Part shown: positions 1 to 9,326 of the stretch, piece after piece
How the letters are laid out: every line of letters starts with the position of its first letter
Position numbering within the stretch: position 1 is the stretch's first letter
Source: Gemmatimonadota bacterium
GTDB lineage: Bacteria > Gemmatimonadota > Gemmatimonadetes > Gemmatimonadales > GWC2-71-9
Direction: 5' to 3'
DNA: 64,000 nucleotides
NCBI GenBank assembly: GCA_016713435.1
Contig: JADJPD010000010.1
Span: 167,040-231,039 of the forward strand
Notes under the pieces: generated by a model
What the model was told of the DNA's origin: nothing
What the model saw: only the letters and a program-made list of their open reading frames with translations
Database searches by the model: none
Program-made: the position numbers and the translations under genes

Positions 1-522
1 GCCCGTCCCCGACTCGCCGGTGATGAGCACCCGCGCGTCGGTCGGCGCCACCTGCGCCACCAGCTGCCGCACCCGCGCGATCGGCTCGCTCGTCCCCACC
101 ATCTCGTCCCGGGGCGCCAGCGCCTGGCGCAGCGCCTTGTTCTGGGTCCGCGCCTTCCCGAGCTCGAGCGCCGCCCGCAGCGTCACCAGCACCGCCTCCG
201 GCGACAGCGGCTTCTCCAGGAACTGGAACGCGCCGAGCTGCGCCGCCCGCACCGCGTCGGCCAGCTGCGCCTTGCCGCTCATCATGATGACCGGCGTCTC
301 GAGCCCCCGCTCCCGCAGCTGCCGCAGCGTCTCGATCCCGTCGGGGCCCGGCGGCATCAGGAAGTCGAGGAAGATCGCCTCCGGCTCCAGCTTCTCGAGC
401 AGGATGAGCCCCGCCGACCCGTTCCCCGCCTCCTCCACCCCGAACCCCTCGGCGCGCAGCAGCGCCCCGAGCATCCGGCGGATGTTCGGCTCGTCGTCGA
501 TGATGAGCACGCGTGAGGGCAT
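1..522 (-). CDS. Sigma-54-dependent NtrC-family response regulator, N-terminal part (gene runs off the window start)
   Basis: Own minus-strand translation from ATG at 522: MPSRVLIIDDEPNIRRML...IFLDFLMPPGPDG (receiver domain with acceptor Asp) ...MVGTSEPIARVRQLV...ARVLITGESGTG (start of AAA+ Walker A). Lies 27 nt downstream of the kinase stop. Confidence 0.85.
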   Translation of the reverse strand, partial: MPSRVLIIDDEPNIRRMLGALLRAEGFGVEEAGNGSAGLILLEKLEPEAIFLDFLMPPGPDGIETLRQLRERGLETPVIMMSGKAQLADAVRAAQLGAFQFLEKPLSPEAVLVTLRAALELGKARTQNKALRQALAPRDEMVGTSEPIARVRQLVAQVAPTDARVLITGESGTG

Positions 523-549
523 GGCCGGAATCTACCTGTGGAGGGGCAC

Positions 550-1752
550 TCAGCGGGGTCGGCGCACCGGCAGGGTCACGACGAACGTGGCGCCGCCGCC
601 CGGCGTGTCCTCGAGGCGGATGCGCCCCCCGTGCGCCTCCACCGTCTGCCGCACCAGCGCCAGGCCGAGCCCCTGGCCGCCTTCCTTCCCGCCCGTCACG
701 TACGCATCGAAGAGCGTCTCGCGGAGCGCCGGCGCCACCCCCGGCCCATGATCCACGATCCGCACCTCGGCCCCGTCGGGCCCGAGCGGCGCGCAGCTCA
801 CCTCCAGCACCAGCGGCCCCGTGGCCGCTTCCACCGCGTTCCGGAGCAGGTTGCCGAACGCGCGCCGCAGCGGCTCGTAGTGCCCCGTGATCCGGGGCGT
901 CGTGGGGTCGAGCGTCAGCGTGGTGCGCACACCGCGCGGCAGGCTGGTCCGCACCAGCTCCGCCACCAGCTCGCCCAGGTCCACCTCGCTGGCCGGGCCC
1001 TCCGTCAGGCGGCCCATCTCGGTGAACTCCCGCGCCAGCTGCTCCAGCCGCGCCGACTCCGCCTGCAGCACCTCCAGCGACTCCTGCTGCTCCGGCCGGG
1101 CCGAGCGCGCGAGCGCCGACACCGCGAAGCGGATGGGCGTGAGCGGGTTCTTCATCTCGTGCGCCACCCGCCGCGCCACCTCGCGGAAGGCGCGGAGCCG
1201 CTCCGCCTCCAGCTGCCGCGTCCGCGCCTCCGCCAGGCCCCGCGCCATCTCCCGGAACGCCCCCCGCAGCGCCGCGAACTCCGGCGCGCCCCCCTCGCGC
1301 GGCTCCGCCGGCAGTGGCTCCTCCCGCTGGATGAGGCCGGTCCACTGCACCAGTTCATCAATCGGCTTGGTGAGCTGCCGCGAGAGATACCCGCCGAGCC
1401 GCACCGAGAGGTACAGCACCAGCGCCCCGAGCCCCAGGATGATGGCCGCGAGCGTCGGGGCGTAGTACGCCGCCAGCGTCTCGCTCCGCTGCACCCGCGA
1501 GAGCGCCTCGTTGAGCGCGCGGGTGTGCTGGGCCAGCGCCTCCCGCTCTCCCCGCGACAGCCGCGTGGAATCGATGGTCTGCACCAGCGCCCGGCCCGTC
1601 GCCGCCACCTCGGCCACGGCCTGGCGGGTGGTCTCCGCCGGGCTCGCGGGCGAGCGCACCGTGAGCGCCCACCCGATCACCGCGATGGCCGCCGGCACCG
1701 TGCCGAGGGCGATGAGCGCGTAGAGGATCCGCCGGCGGAAGGGGAGGGCCAT
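550..1752 (-). CDS. Sensor histidine kinase (2 TM + HAMP + HisKA + HATPase)
   Basis: ORF 550..1752, 400 aa. H-box [13 protein letters not shown]-box LLRNAVEA, G-boxes DHGPGV and [10 protein letters not shown]. Two hydrophobic segments flank a periplasmic stretch. Confidence 0.9.
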   Translation of the reverse strand: MALPFRRRILYALIALGTVPAAIAVIGWALTVRSPASPAETTRQAVAEVAATGRALVQTIDSTRLSRGEREALAQHTRALNEALSRVQRSETLAAYYAPTLAAIILGLGALVLYLSVRLGGYLSRQLTKPIDELVQWTGLIQREEPLPAEPREGGAPEFAALRGAFREMARGLAEARTRQLEAERLRAFREVARRVAHEMKNPLTPIRFAVSALARSARPEQQESLEVLQAESARLEQLAREFTEMGRLTEGPASEVDLGELVAELVRTSLPRGVRTTLTLDPTTPRITGHYEPLRRAFGNLLRNAVEAATGPLVLEVSCAPLGPDGAEVRIVDHGPGVAPALRETLFDAYVTGGKEGGQGLGLALVRQTVEAHGGRIRLEDTPGGGATFVVTLPVRRPR

Positions 1753-1755
1753 GTC

Positions 1756-3006
1756 CTAATCTACTGTCGGGCGGGGCGCCCCACCCCAGGTCCGCGCCAC
1801 CACCCAGCCGAGCAGCCCGCCGAGGAGGCTCCCCGCCCAGAGACTCGGCGCCGCGAGCGGGATCCCCGCCAGCCGCGTCGCGATCCCGAGCCCGAGCGAC
1901 ACCGGCAGGCAGAGCACCAGCACCGCGCTCCCCCGCCGCGTGGCCCACCCCACCCAGTAGCCGGCCGGCAGCAGCAGCAGCCCCAGCGCCAGCGCCTCCA
2001 CCACCCACGACGAGGGCATGATGCGCCGCACGAACGGGTTGAGCGTGGTCACGATCCAGGCCGGCGACCGCGCCCAGCGGTGCTCCTGCGTTACGTGCCC
2101 CGACGTGGCGCGGAGGAACAGCTCCCCCCGCCGGTGCCCCGCCGCGATGTGCACCGTGTCCCCCGGCCGGCTGCCCGGGAAGGCCGGCAGGTGCACCGTC
2201 TGGCCCGCCAGCTCCACTTCCTCGAGGCCGGTCCGCTCGGCAAAGGAGAGCCCCTGCTCGTCCTGCAGCAGCGCCAGGATCTGCTGCTGGTTCTCGTCGA
2301 AGATGCTCAGGATCGGCGCGGGCCCCGCGGGCGCCGGGCCGCTCACCACCGTGGCCCGCACCACCAGCGAGTCGCCGAGCAGCACCGCGCGGAGCCGCTC
2401 CGAGTCGTTCACCCGCCCGTTGGGGAAGGGGACGCCCGCCACGAACGACTCGAGCAGCTCCCCCTCGTAGATCTCGAACTGCCCCAGCTCCGCCACGTGC
2501 TGCCCCCAGTACACCGTGTGCGGCATCGAGGGCCGCACCCCCACCGCGCCGAAGGCCACCACCAGCAGCCACGCCGCCATGGCCCCCGCGGCGAGCTGCG
2601 CCGCGCGCCGCGCCGTCGGCCGCAGCAGCGCCATCCCCTGCTCGGCGAGCAGGATGCCGAGCAGGCCGCCCAGCGTGTTGGTGAGGAGGTCCCGCAGGCT
2701 GGCATCGCGCCCCACCAGCGCCAGCCATTGCGTCCCCTCGATGCCGAAGGTGGCCAGCACGCAGAGCAGCGCGGTGATCCCCCGCGGCAGCCACAGCCGG
2801 AGCACCAGCCCGAGCGGGACGAACATCACCACGTTCAGGATGGCGTCCCGGAGCCCCTCCACCCCGCAGGGATACAGGCACAGGAAGGCGCTCCGCGCCG
2901 CCGCCTCGGCATCCGCGGGCGCCGGCCGCAGCGTCAGCCACGCGATGGCCAGCACCACCACCCCGGTGAGGAGCGGGCCCACCCATCGTCGTGGTGTCCC
3001 TGCCAC
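1756..3006 (-). CDS. VanZ-like family membrane protein with extended C-terminal TM region
   Basis: ORF 1756..3006, 416 aa. VanZ-like N-terminus (LNVVMFVPLGLVL...RDASLRDLLTNTLGGLLG) and multiple TM helices. Its stop is 3 nt from the kinase start, so probably one operon. Confidence 0.6.
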   Translation of the reverse strand: MAGTPRRWVGPLLTGVVVLAIAWLTLRPAPADAEAAARSAFLCLYPCGVEGLRDAILNVVMFVPLGLVLRLWLPRGITALLCVLATFGIEGTQWLALVGRDASLRDLLTNTLGGLLGILLAEQGMALLRPTARRAAQLAAGAMAAWLLVVAFGAVGVRPSMPHTVYWGQHVAELGQFEIYEGELLESFVAGVPFPNGRVNDSERLRAVLLGDSLVVRATVVSGPAPAGPAPILSIFDENQQQILALLQDEQGLSFAERTGLEEVELAGQTVHLPAFPGSRPGDTVHIAAGHRRGELFLRATSGHVTQEHRWARSPAWIVTTLNPFVRRIMPSSWVVEALALGLLLLPAGYWVGWATRRGSAVLVLCLPVSLGLGIATRLAGIPLAAPSLWAGSLLGGLLGWVVARTWGGAPRPTVD

Positions 3007-3049
3007 ACGCCCTCCCTTAATGTCCCCGGAAATCCAGCGCTTGCGCGCG

Positions 3050-3065
3050 TGGCACTATAACTGCA
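3050..3065 (+). promoter_or_regulatory. Candidate sigma-54 (-24/-12) promoter
   Basis: TGGCACTATAACTGCA. GG and GC are separated by exactly 10 nt as in the TGGCACG-N4-TTGCW consensus. Lies 55 nt upstream of ATG 3120. Confidence 0.55.
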
Positions 3066-3119
3066 CTATCCTCGACTCGGATAGTCAGTCCGTTTCCCCA
3101 ATCCGTCCCCGGTACCCCG

Positions 3120-6100
3120 ATGGCCCGACTCGCGGTTGTCCGCCGAGACCTTCGTGTGCGCGCCCTCGGGGCGCTCCTGCTCGGCCTGGTCCTCGCCATG
3201 CCCCTCGCCGCGCAGAGCCTCACCGGCGGCGCGCTCCGGGGCGAGGTGGTGACCGCCGACGGCATCGGCGTCCCGGGCGTGACGCTCACCCTCGAGGACT
3301 ATTCCGGCCTCGAGCTCCGCCAGCTCCAGACCGACCCCCACGGCCGCTTCGCCATCCCGCTGCTCGAGCCCGGGCGCTACTCCCTCCTGGCCGAGCGGGT
3401 CGGCTTCCAGCCGCTCCGGCAGCGGGGCATTGACGTGCTGGCCGAGGTGCAGACGGCCGTGGTCATCCGGGTGGAGCGCCGGCCGCCGCCCATCACCAGC
3501 GTGGTGGAGGTTCCGCTCGCGGACCAGCGCTTCACCCCCAACACGCCCCGCATCGCCGAGCGGCTCGGGGATGGGCCGGGGCCGTGGTGGGCGCCGGTGG
3601 CGGGCATCGCGGTGGACGGCCGCACCTCCGCCCTCGTGGCCTCGCCGTTCGACAGCCGCCGCGGCCTGGGGCTGGCCATCGGTGGCCTGCCGCAGTCGCA
3701 CAGCCGCCTGCTGGTGGACGGGCTCCCCGGCTCGTGGATCCGCCACCCCGGCCTCCCCAACGAGCCCGCGCCCACCCCGCTCCTCTCCCGGCTCCTCGCC
3801 CAGCAGGCGGTGCTGGCCGTCTCCACCAGCGACGGCGAGTGGTCGGGCGGCAACGGCGCCATGCTCGGCGTCGTCTCGCGCCCGCCCACCGCGCGGCGGC
3901 GGGCGGAGCCGTTTGCCTACTGGAGCCCCGGGATCGGGCGGCGGAGCGCCGACAATCCCGGGGACTCCTCGTCCGCGTCCTACGCCGTGGGCCTCACCGC
4001 CAGCGGCCCGCTGGTGCCGGGGCGCGCCAACGTCATCGTGGGCTTTGCGCTGGAGCGGGAGCAGATCCCCGGCGCCCGCCCCTGGACCGTGGACAGCGCC
4101 CGCCTCAACGGCGGCACCGTGAACCTGACGGACGCCCTCGAGTCCGTGGCCGGCGCCCAGGGCACCAGCCTCCGCGGCGGCGCCCGGCCCGCGGTGCGCG
4201 ACACCCGCGGCGGCACCGGCGGCTTCCGGGTGGACTGGCGCCTGAGCCCCAGCTGGATGCTCACCACCCGCGCCACCCTCGCCCGCTACCGCGAGCGCGC
4301 CCCGCTCCTCGGCCCCGACCTCTCCAACGGCGCCGGCAGCCGGCTCGAGGCCAAGGACTACACCATCGGCACCAGCTTTTCCTACGCCAAGGGCGACTGG
4401 GGCAACGAGCTCCGCTTCGGCTTCCGCGGCACCGAGCGCAACTGGTCCGCCGGCCCCCTGCCGAGCACCCTGCTCGCCGCGGAGGGCATCGGCCTCGGTG
4501 GCCTGCCGGCCACCCCCGGCGAGTTCCGCTACCGCGGCGCCGACCTCTCCGAGGGCTTCCAGTACACCTTCGGCCGCCAGCGGCAGCACCGCCTCAAGGC
4601 CGGCTTCCAGTACTCGAGCGGCTTCTGGACCCAGGACCACCTGGCCGGCGAGCAGGGCGTCTTCACCTTCGGCAACCTCGACGGCTTCGAGGACCTGCGC
4701 GGCGCCTTCTGGGTCACCGAGGCCGCCAGCACCCGCGCCCGCTTCAAGCTGGTGGAGGCGGGGATCTTCTCCCAGCTCAGCTGGGGCCTGGCGCCGGGCG
4801 TTACCAGCATCCTCGGCGTCCGCTACGACCGCCAGAAGTTCCCCCAGGGCAACAACCAGTACATCCAGGTGGACCAGCAGTTCGGCACCGACTTCGGGCT
4901 GCCCAACTTCGTGGTGCCCACCGACAAGAAGGGCTTCACCCCGCGCCTCGGCATCACCTGGGTCCCGGAGCGGGGCCGCTGGACCGCCAGCGTCTTTGCC
5001 ACCCGCACCACCGGCGAGCTCAACCCCGCCTACTTCGCCGAGGCCATGCTGATGGACGGCGGCGTGACGGTGCGTCGCGCGGTGGGCGCCCTCGGCAGCT
5101 GGGGCACGCTGCCTGACAGCACCGTGGCCCCGGTCACCGGCCGCCGCTTCACCATCTTCAACCCCGACAGCGGCTACCGGCAGCCCCGCACCACCAAGGT
5201 GGACGCCGAGTTCACCCGGAGCCTGGGCAGCACCGGCGCGGTGCGCTTCATCGGCGGCTACCACCACACCGACTATCTCCTCCGCCGCACCGACCTGAAC
5301 CTGCTCGGCGCCGGCACCGGCGTCACGCAGGAAGGCCGGACCGTCTACGGCACGCTGCAGCAGGAGGGTGGCTTGCTGGCCGCGGTGCCGGGCAGCAACC
5401 GCCGCGTGGCGGGCTACGACATGGTGTCGGCGCTGGTCTCCGACGGCTTCCAGGACTACTACCAGGCCGGCACCGAGGTGGAGGCGCAGGTGGGCCGCGG
5501 GCTCTCCGTCTCGGCGAGCTACCTCTGGAGCCGGACCCGCGACAACTGGCTCACCGCCACCACCGGCACCGCCGAGGACGAGCTGTCGCCCTTTGCGGGG
5601 CAGAAGTCGGGGAAGAGCGAGTGGGCCTACGGCGTCTCCGACTTCGACGTGCCGCACCGCGCCGTGGTGGAAGCCACCTGGCGGGCGGGCGGCGGGCTGC
5701 CGCTCCGGATCGGGGCGCGCTACCGGATCAGCTCGGGGCTCCCCTTCACCCCGGGCTTCCGCCCCGGGGTGGACGCCAACGGCGACGGCTCCGGCCGCAA
5801 CGACCCGGGCTACCTCGATCCCACCATCCCGGGGATGCCGGCCCTGCTGGCCCGCAATCCCTGCCTCGACGAGCAGTCCGGCCGCATGGCGGCGCGCAAC
5901 AGCTGCCGCGAGGCGGCCAACCACGCCCTCGACCTCTCATTTGCGGTGGGCCTGCCGCTCCGCTCCCTCGGCGGCCGCCTCGAGCTGCTCGTGGACGTCT
6001 TCAACCTCGCCTCCAGCGAGATGGGGCTGGTGGATCGCGCCGTCGTCCTCGTGGACCCGGCGGGCACCCTCACCACCGACGCGCTGGGCAACGTGACCCT

Positions 6101-6191
6101 GCCGCTCGTCGCCAACCCGCACTTCGGCAAGCTGCAGAGCCGCCGGATCGACCCCCGGGTCGTCCGCTTCGGCCTGCGGCTGGCGCCGTGA
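3120..6191 (+). CDS. TonB-dependent-receptor-like outer-membrane beta-barrel with N-terminal carboxypeptidase-regulatory-like domain
   Basis: ORF 3120..6191, 1023 aa. Signal peptide ...LVLAMPLAAQS. CarboxypepD_reg-like GEVVTADGIGVPGVTLTLED...PGRYSLLAERVGFQP. Long Gly/Tyr/Arg-rich beta-strand region. C-terminal ...RVVRFGLRLAP. Confidence 0.8.
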   Translation: MARLAVVRRDLRVRALGALLLGLVLAMPLAAQSLTGGALRGEVVTADGIGVPGVTLTLEDYSGLELRQLQTDPHGRFAIPLLEPGRYSLLAERVGFQPLRQRGIDVLAEVQTAVVIRVERRPPPITSVVEVPLADQRFTPNTPRIAERLGDGPGPWWAPVAGIAVDGRTSALVASPFDSRRGLGLAIGGLPQSHSRLLVDGLPGSWIRHPGLPNEPAPTPLLSRLLAQQAVLAVSTSDGEWSGGNGAMLGVVSRPPTARRRAEPFAYWSPGIGRRSADNPGDSSSASYAVGLTASGPLVPGRANVIVGFALEREQIPGARPWTVDSARLNGGTVNLTDALESVAGAQGTSLRGGARPAVRDTRGGTGGFRVDWRLSPSWMLTTRATLARYRERAPLLGPDLSNGAGSRLEAKDYTIGTSFSYAKGDWGNELRFGFRGTERNWSAGPLPSTLLAAEGIGLGGLPATPGEFRYRGADLSEGFQYTFGRQRQHRLKAGFQYSSGFWTQDHLAGEQGVFTFGNLDGFEDLRGAFWVTEAASTRARFKLVEAGIFSQLSWGLAPGVTSILGVRYDRQKFPQGNNQYIQVDQQFGTDFGLPNFVVPTDKKGFTPRLGITWVPERGRWTASVFATRTTGELNPAYFAEAMLMDGGVTVRRAVGALGSWGTLPDSTVAPVTGRRFTIFNPDSGYRQPRTTKVDAEFTRSLGSTGAVRFIGGYHHTDYLLRRTDLNLLGAGTGVTQEGRTVYGTLQQEGGLLAAVPGSNRRVAGYDMVSALVSDGFQDYYQAGTEVEAQVGRGLSVSASYLWSRTRDNWLTATTGTAEDELSPFAGQKSGKSEWAYGVSDFDVPHRAVVEATWRAGGGLPLRIGARYRISSGLPFTPGFRPGVDANGDGSGRNDPGYLDPTIPGMPALLARNPCLDEQSGRMAARNSCREAANHALDLSFAVGLPLRSLGGRLELLVDVFNLASSEMGLVDRAVVLVDPAGTLTTDALGNVTLPLVANPHFGKLQSRRIDPRVVRFGLRLAP

Positions 6192-6202
6192 TCGAGGCCC
6201 GC

Positions 6203-7182
6203 ATGCGCGCCCATCGTCTCCTCCCGCTCGCGCTCCTTTCGCTCGGCGCGGCCGCCTGCGGCAACGCCGGCGAGGATCTCGGCGTGGCGCTCCCCGGCAA
6301 CGGGGCGCTGCAGGCCCAGTTCTTCGTGGACCGCGACTGGAACGGCAGCTTCAGCGCCGGTGACACCACCATCGCGGGCCTCAACGTGTACCTGATCACC
6401 GGCGGCGGGCGGGACACCGTGGCCACCGGCCAGACGGCGGCCACCGGCGCGGTGCTCTTCACCGGCCTGGTGCCCGGCCCCCCACCGTGGCGCTCGACTC
6501 GGTGCTGGTCCTCGGCGACTCCTTCTCCACCACGCTCAACCCAGTGCGCGCCACCGTGGCCAACAGCGGCCAGGCACCCACCATCCTGGGCCGGGTGGGG
6601 TTCCCGCAGCTGACGCTGGCCCAGGCGCGCGCGGCGGCCCCGGGCAAGCGGCTCGTGGTGCTGGCCACCCTCACGGGCGCCCCCTCGAGCTTCAGCGACA
6701 GCACGGCGCACCTCCGTGACGCCTCGGGGAACCTCCGCGTCACCCGCATCGTGGCCACCGCCGGCGGCCCCTTCATCCCCGGCGACATCGTCCGGGTGCT
6801 GGGCCACGCCGCCAGCCGGGGCGGCCAGCCGGTGCTCGACAGCACCCGCGTGGCGCTGGCCGGCCTCGGCACCGGCGCGCCGGTGCCGGACACCCTCACC
6901 ACCGCCGAGGCGGCGGGGGCCAGGGCGGGGGCGCTGGACGCCGGGCTGGTCTACATCCAGGACGCCGAGGTGCTGACGGCCGTGGGGCAGAACGGGGACG
7001 TGGTGGTGACCGTGGACGACGGCAGCGGGCCGGTGGAGATGCGCATCGACAAGATCCTGCAGGCCACCCCGAGCCTCTTCTTTCCGGGTGACAGCGTGAA
7101 GGCCTCAGGCGTCCTCGTCTCCACCGGGGCGGGGAGCTGGGAACTCCGCCTCCGCAGTGCGCAGGACCTGACTATCTTCTAG
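6203..7182 (+). pseudogene. Lipoprotein (beta-sandwich plus OB-like repeats), frame broken in a C6 run at 6478-6483
   Basis: MRAHRLLPLALLSLGAAACGN lipobox in the frame of ORF 5621..6613. The sequence continues sensibly only in ORF 6487..7182 (...TGLVPGP | TVALDSVLVLGDSF...). Confidence 0.65.
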
Positions 7183-7256
7183 CCCGCCGACGGGCCGGCC
7201 GGGGCACCCGCCCCGGGGGGGACCCGTGCGGTGGCAACGGCGTGCGAGGCAACAGC

Positions 7257-7749
7257 ATGGCAACTTCGGCAGTGGCGCGATCCTCCCGATCCGGCGTGGC
7301 CCTCGCGGTCACGGCGCTCCGGGCCCTCGGGATCGTCTTCTTCGTCGTGGCCCTGGCCGACATCCTGACCTCCTGGCTGCCCCCGTTCTTCGGGAAGCCG
7401 GAGTGGGAGCTCGGCGTCTCGGCCGGCTTCTTCGATCGCTTCCCGCTCTTTCGGCCTGGGGCTGGCCATCCTGATCGCGGATGGGGTGGCCCAGGGCCGC
7501 AAGCTCCGGGTGCGGACCCTGGCCGTGCTGGCGGTCCTGGTGGCCGTGACCATGTGGCTGGTTTTCACCCTGTTTGCCACCACCTGGCCCATGAGCCTGC
7601 GGGCGATGGCCGGGAATCCGCCGGCCATGACCGTGATGAAGAAGGCCGGCGCCAAGGCCCTGGTGCAGGCGGCGTTCTACCCGTTTGCCCTGCTCTGGCT
7701 GGCGGGGGCGGCCTGGAAGGCCACCTTGACCCGGCGGCGGCGGGGCTGA
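7257..7749 (+). pseudogene. Small polytopic membrane protein, paralog A of 7933..8433; frame broken near 7449-7453
   Basis: MATSAVARS...LTSWLPPFFGKPEWELGVSAGFFDRFPLF (frame of ORF 7242) continues as GLGLAILIADGVAQGRKLRV... (ORF 7486..7749). Colinear with the intact neighbour (LTWYPAGFGNREWEFGTVSAVFDGLPLFAMGLAL...). Confidence 0.65.
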
Positions 7750-7875
7750 GTGTCCCGGAGGTGTTGTAGCTACACCACGACACCCGCCCGTCATCAGGAC
7801 TTCATGTAGTCGGCACCGGTTTCCTAAGTTGTTGTTTCACAAGGCCTTGACGTCGTGGCACGCGGCGCCGGATTC

Positions 7876-7891
7876 TGGCCTGAACCCTGCA
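7876..7891 (+). promoter_or_regulatory. Candidate sigma-54 (-24/-12) promoter
   Basis: TGGCCTGAACCCTGCA with correct GG-N10-GC spacing. Lies 42 nt upstream of ATG 7933. Confidence 0.45.
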
Positions 7892-7932
7892 ATAATGAGC
7901 GGCGGTCGCACGAGGGCCGCCACGAGGCTTCC

Positions 7933-8433
7933 ATGACTGCTCCGCGGATCCTGGTGAAGACCGAAGGCCCGAGTCACGCCGAGATGGCCCCGGCGCCCGA
8001 AATCGGGTGGTACCTGTTGGGTGGGATGGGGCTGGTGTTCGCCCTGGTGGCCGGCGCGGATCTGGCGCTGACCTGGTACCCGGCGGGGTTCGGCAACCGG
8101 GAATGGGAGTTCGGGACCGTGAGTGCGGTCTTCGATGGTCTCCCGCTGTTCGCGATGGGCCTGGCGCTCTCCTTCGGCGCCGCCGTCGCCCGCGGCAAGA
8201 TCGGCCTGCTGAAGTTCTGGTCGATTGTCCTGGTGCTCGTGGCGGTCGTGCTCCTCGGACTCCTCGGGCTGTACGCCCGGACCATCCCGGTGGCTCTGGC
8301 CAGCACCACCGATGCCCTGGTGAAGGTCGGCCTGCAGAAGGCCATCGCCAAGGCGCTGTTGCAGGGAGTGGGTTACACCGCCGCGTTCCTCTGGACCGGC
8401 ATACTCGGATGGAAGCACGCGAAGTCCGCGTGA
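7933..8433 (+). CDS. Small polytopic membrane protein (paralog B), unknown function
   Basis: In ORF 7855..8433. Start chosen at MTAPRILVK (ATG 7933). About 4 TM helices and an EWEFG motif shared with paralog A. Confidence 0.7.
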   Translation: MTAPRILVKTEGPSHAEMAPAPEIGWYLLGGMGLVFALVAGADLALTWYPAGFGNREWEFGTVSAVFDGLPLFAMGLALSFGAAVARGKIGLLKFWSIVLVLVAVVLLGLLGLYARTIPVALASTTDALVKVGLQKAIAKALLQGVGYTAAFLWTGILGWKHAKSA

Positions 8434-8470
8434 CGCCATAGTTCACCAACTGACGACAAGGACAACCCCA

Positions 8471-9220
8471 ATGATCAAGACCGGTCGACTCCTGGCTCTC
8501 GCGAGTGCGCTCGCCGTGGGCCTCCCGGCGGCGGCATACGCCGACGGGTTCCAGAGTTACAAGGTGTGCGGGGGGCTGAACTTCAGCACCTGCGCCGCCG
8601 TCAGCATCAACGTGGTCGGCAGCAGCGTGACCGTGCGCGTGTGGAACCTCTCCGGCAACGGGGCGGCCACCTACGGCGTCGGCTCCACCGTCGCGGCCAA
8701 CACCGTCTTCAACGGCATCGGCTTCTACAACACCGGCGGCGTCAGCGCCGTCAGCGGCACCCTGCAGACCACCGGTCCGGTCCGCGCGGGTGACACGCCC
8801 TCCGGCTGGGGCCTCCAGAACAACGCCACCCTCGGCTTCTCGGTGGACTGGAAGACCATCTCCCCGGGCAAGGGCGGCGCCAACGGTATCGCCAGCGGCT
8901 GCGCGGCCATCCCGACCAACATCGAGGTCTGGCAGAACCCCTGCACCGGCAACCTGGGCAACACCGCCGACTACGTCACCTTCTCGTTCCAGATCTCCGG
9001 CACCTGGGATCCGACCACGAGCGACGTCGTCCTCCGCGGCATCAACCCGGTGAGCGGCTCCTCGACGGAGTGCTGGACCGGCAACAGCCCGAATGGGGCG
9101 CCGTCCACCTGCACCACCGTCACCCCGGAGCCCGTGACCATGTCGCTCCTCGCGACCGGTCTCGCCGGGATGGGTGGCGCCGGCTTCCTCCGCCGTCGCA
9201 AGCAGAAGCAGACCGCCTGA
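8471..9220 (+). CDS. PEP-CTERM sorting-domain secreted protein (exosortase substrate)
   Basis: ORF 8471..9220. Signal peptide MIKTGRLLALASALAVGLPAAAYA. C-terminal VTPEPVTMSLLATGLAGMGGAGFLRRRKQK is the classic PEP motif + TM helix + Arg cluster. Confidence 0.9.
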   Translation: MIKTGRLLALASALAVGLPAAAYADGFQSYKVCGGLNFSTCAAVSINVVGSSVTVRVWNLSGNGAATYGVGSTVAANTVFNGIGFYNTGGVSAVSGTLQTTGPVRAGDTPSGWGLQNNATLGFSVDWKTISPGKGGANGIASGCAAIPTNIEVWQNPCTGNLGNTADYVTFSFQISGTWDPTTSDVVLRGINPVSGSSTECWTGNSPNGAPSTCTTVTPEPVTMSLLATGLAGMGGAGFLRRRKQKQTA

Positions 9221-9242
9221 TCTGACCGTCGGTTGGTGAACT

Positions 9243-9277
9243 GGCCCCGGGGTTCGTCACCCCGGGGCCGCTGTTTT
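9243..9277 (+). terminator. Rho-independent terminator after the PEP-CTERM gene
   Basis: GGCCCCGGGG-ttcgtca-CCCCGGGGCC: perfect 10-bp stem followed by gcTGTTTT. Confidence 0.7.
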
Positions 9278-9326
9278 CCCCCCGCGCCGCTGCCCCACGC
9301 TTCCTCCTTCCGCTAGCTTCCCTGCC

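Noticed and set aside
538-3060. Very long ORFs overlapping or antisense to recognisable genes (e.g. 538..3060+, 1358..2986-, 3066..5924-, 20351..21565-, 38342..40417-, 40524..42506-, 45796..47871-, 57921..60713-, 62264..63949-)
   Set aside because: Arg/Pro/Gly/Ala-rich low-complexity translations are typical of stop-codon-poor off-frames in ~70% GC DNA. Each overlaps a gene with clear family motifs in another frame.
7232-7247. Sigma-54-like element TGGCAACGGCGTGCGA upstream of ATG 7257
   Set aside because: GG-to-GC spacing is 9 nt instead of 10, and it lies only ~11 nt from the start codon. A similar near-miss at 45481-45497 (GGGGCGTATCCCCTTGC) has 11-nt spacing.
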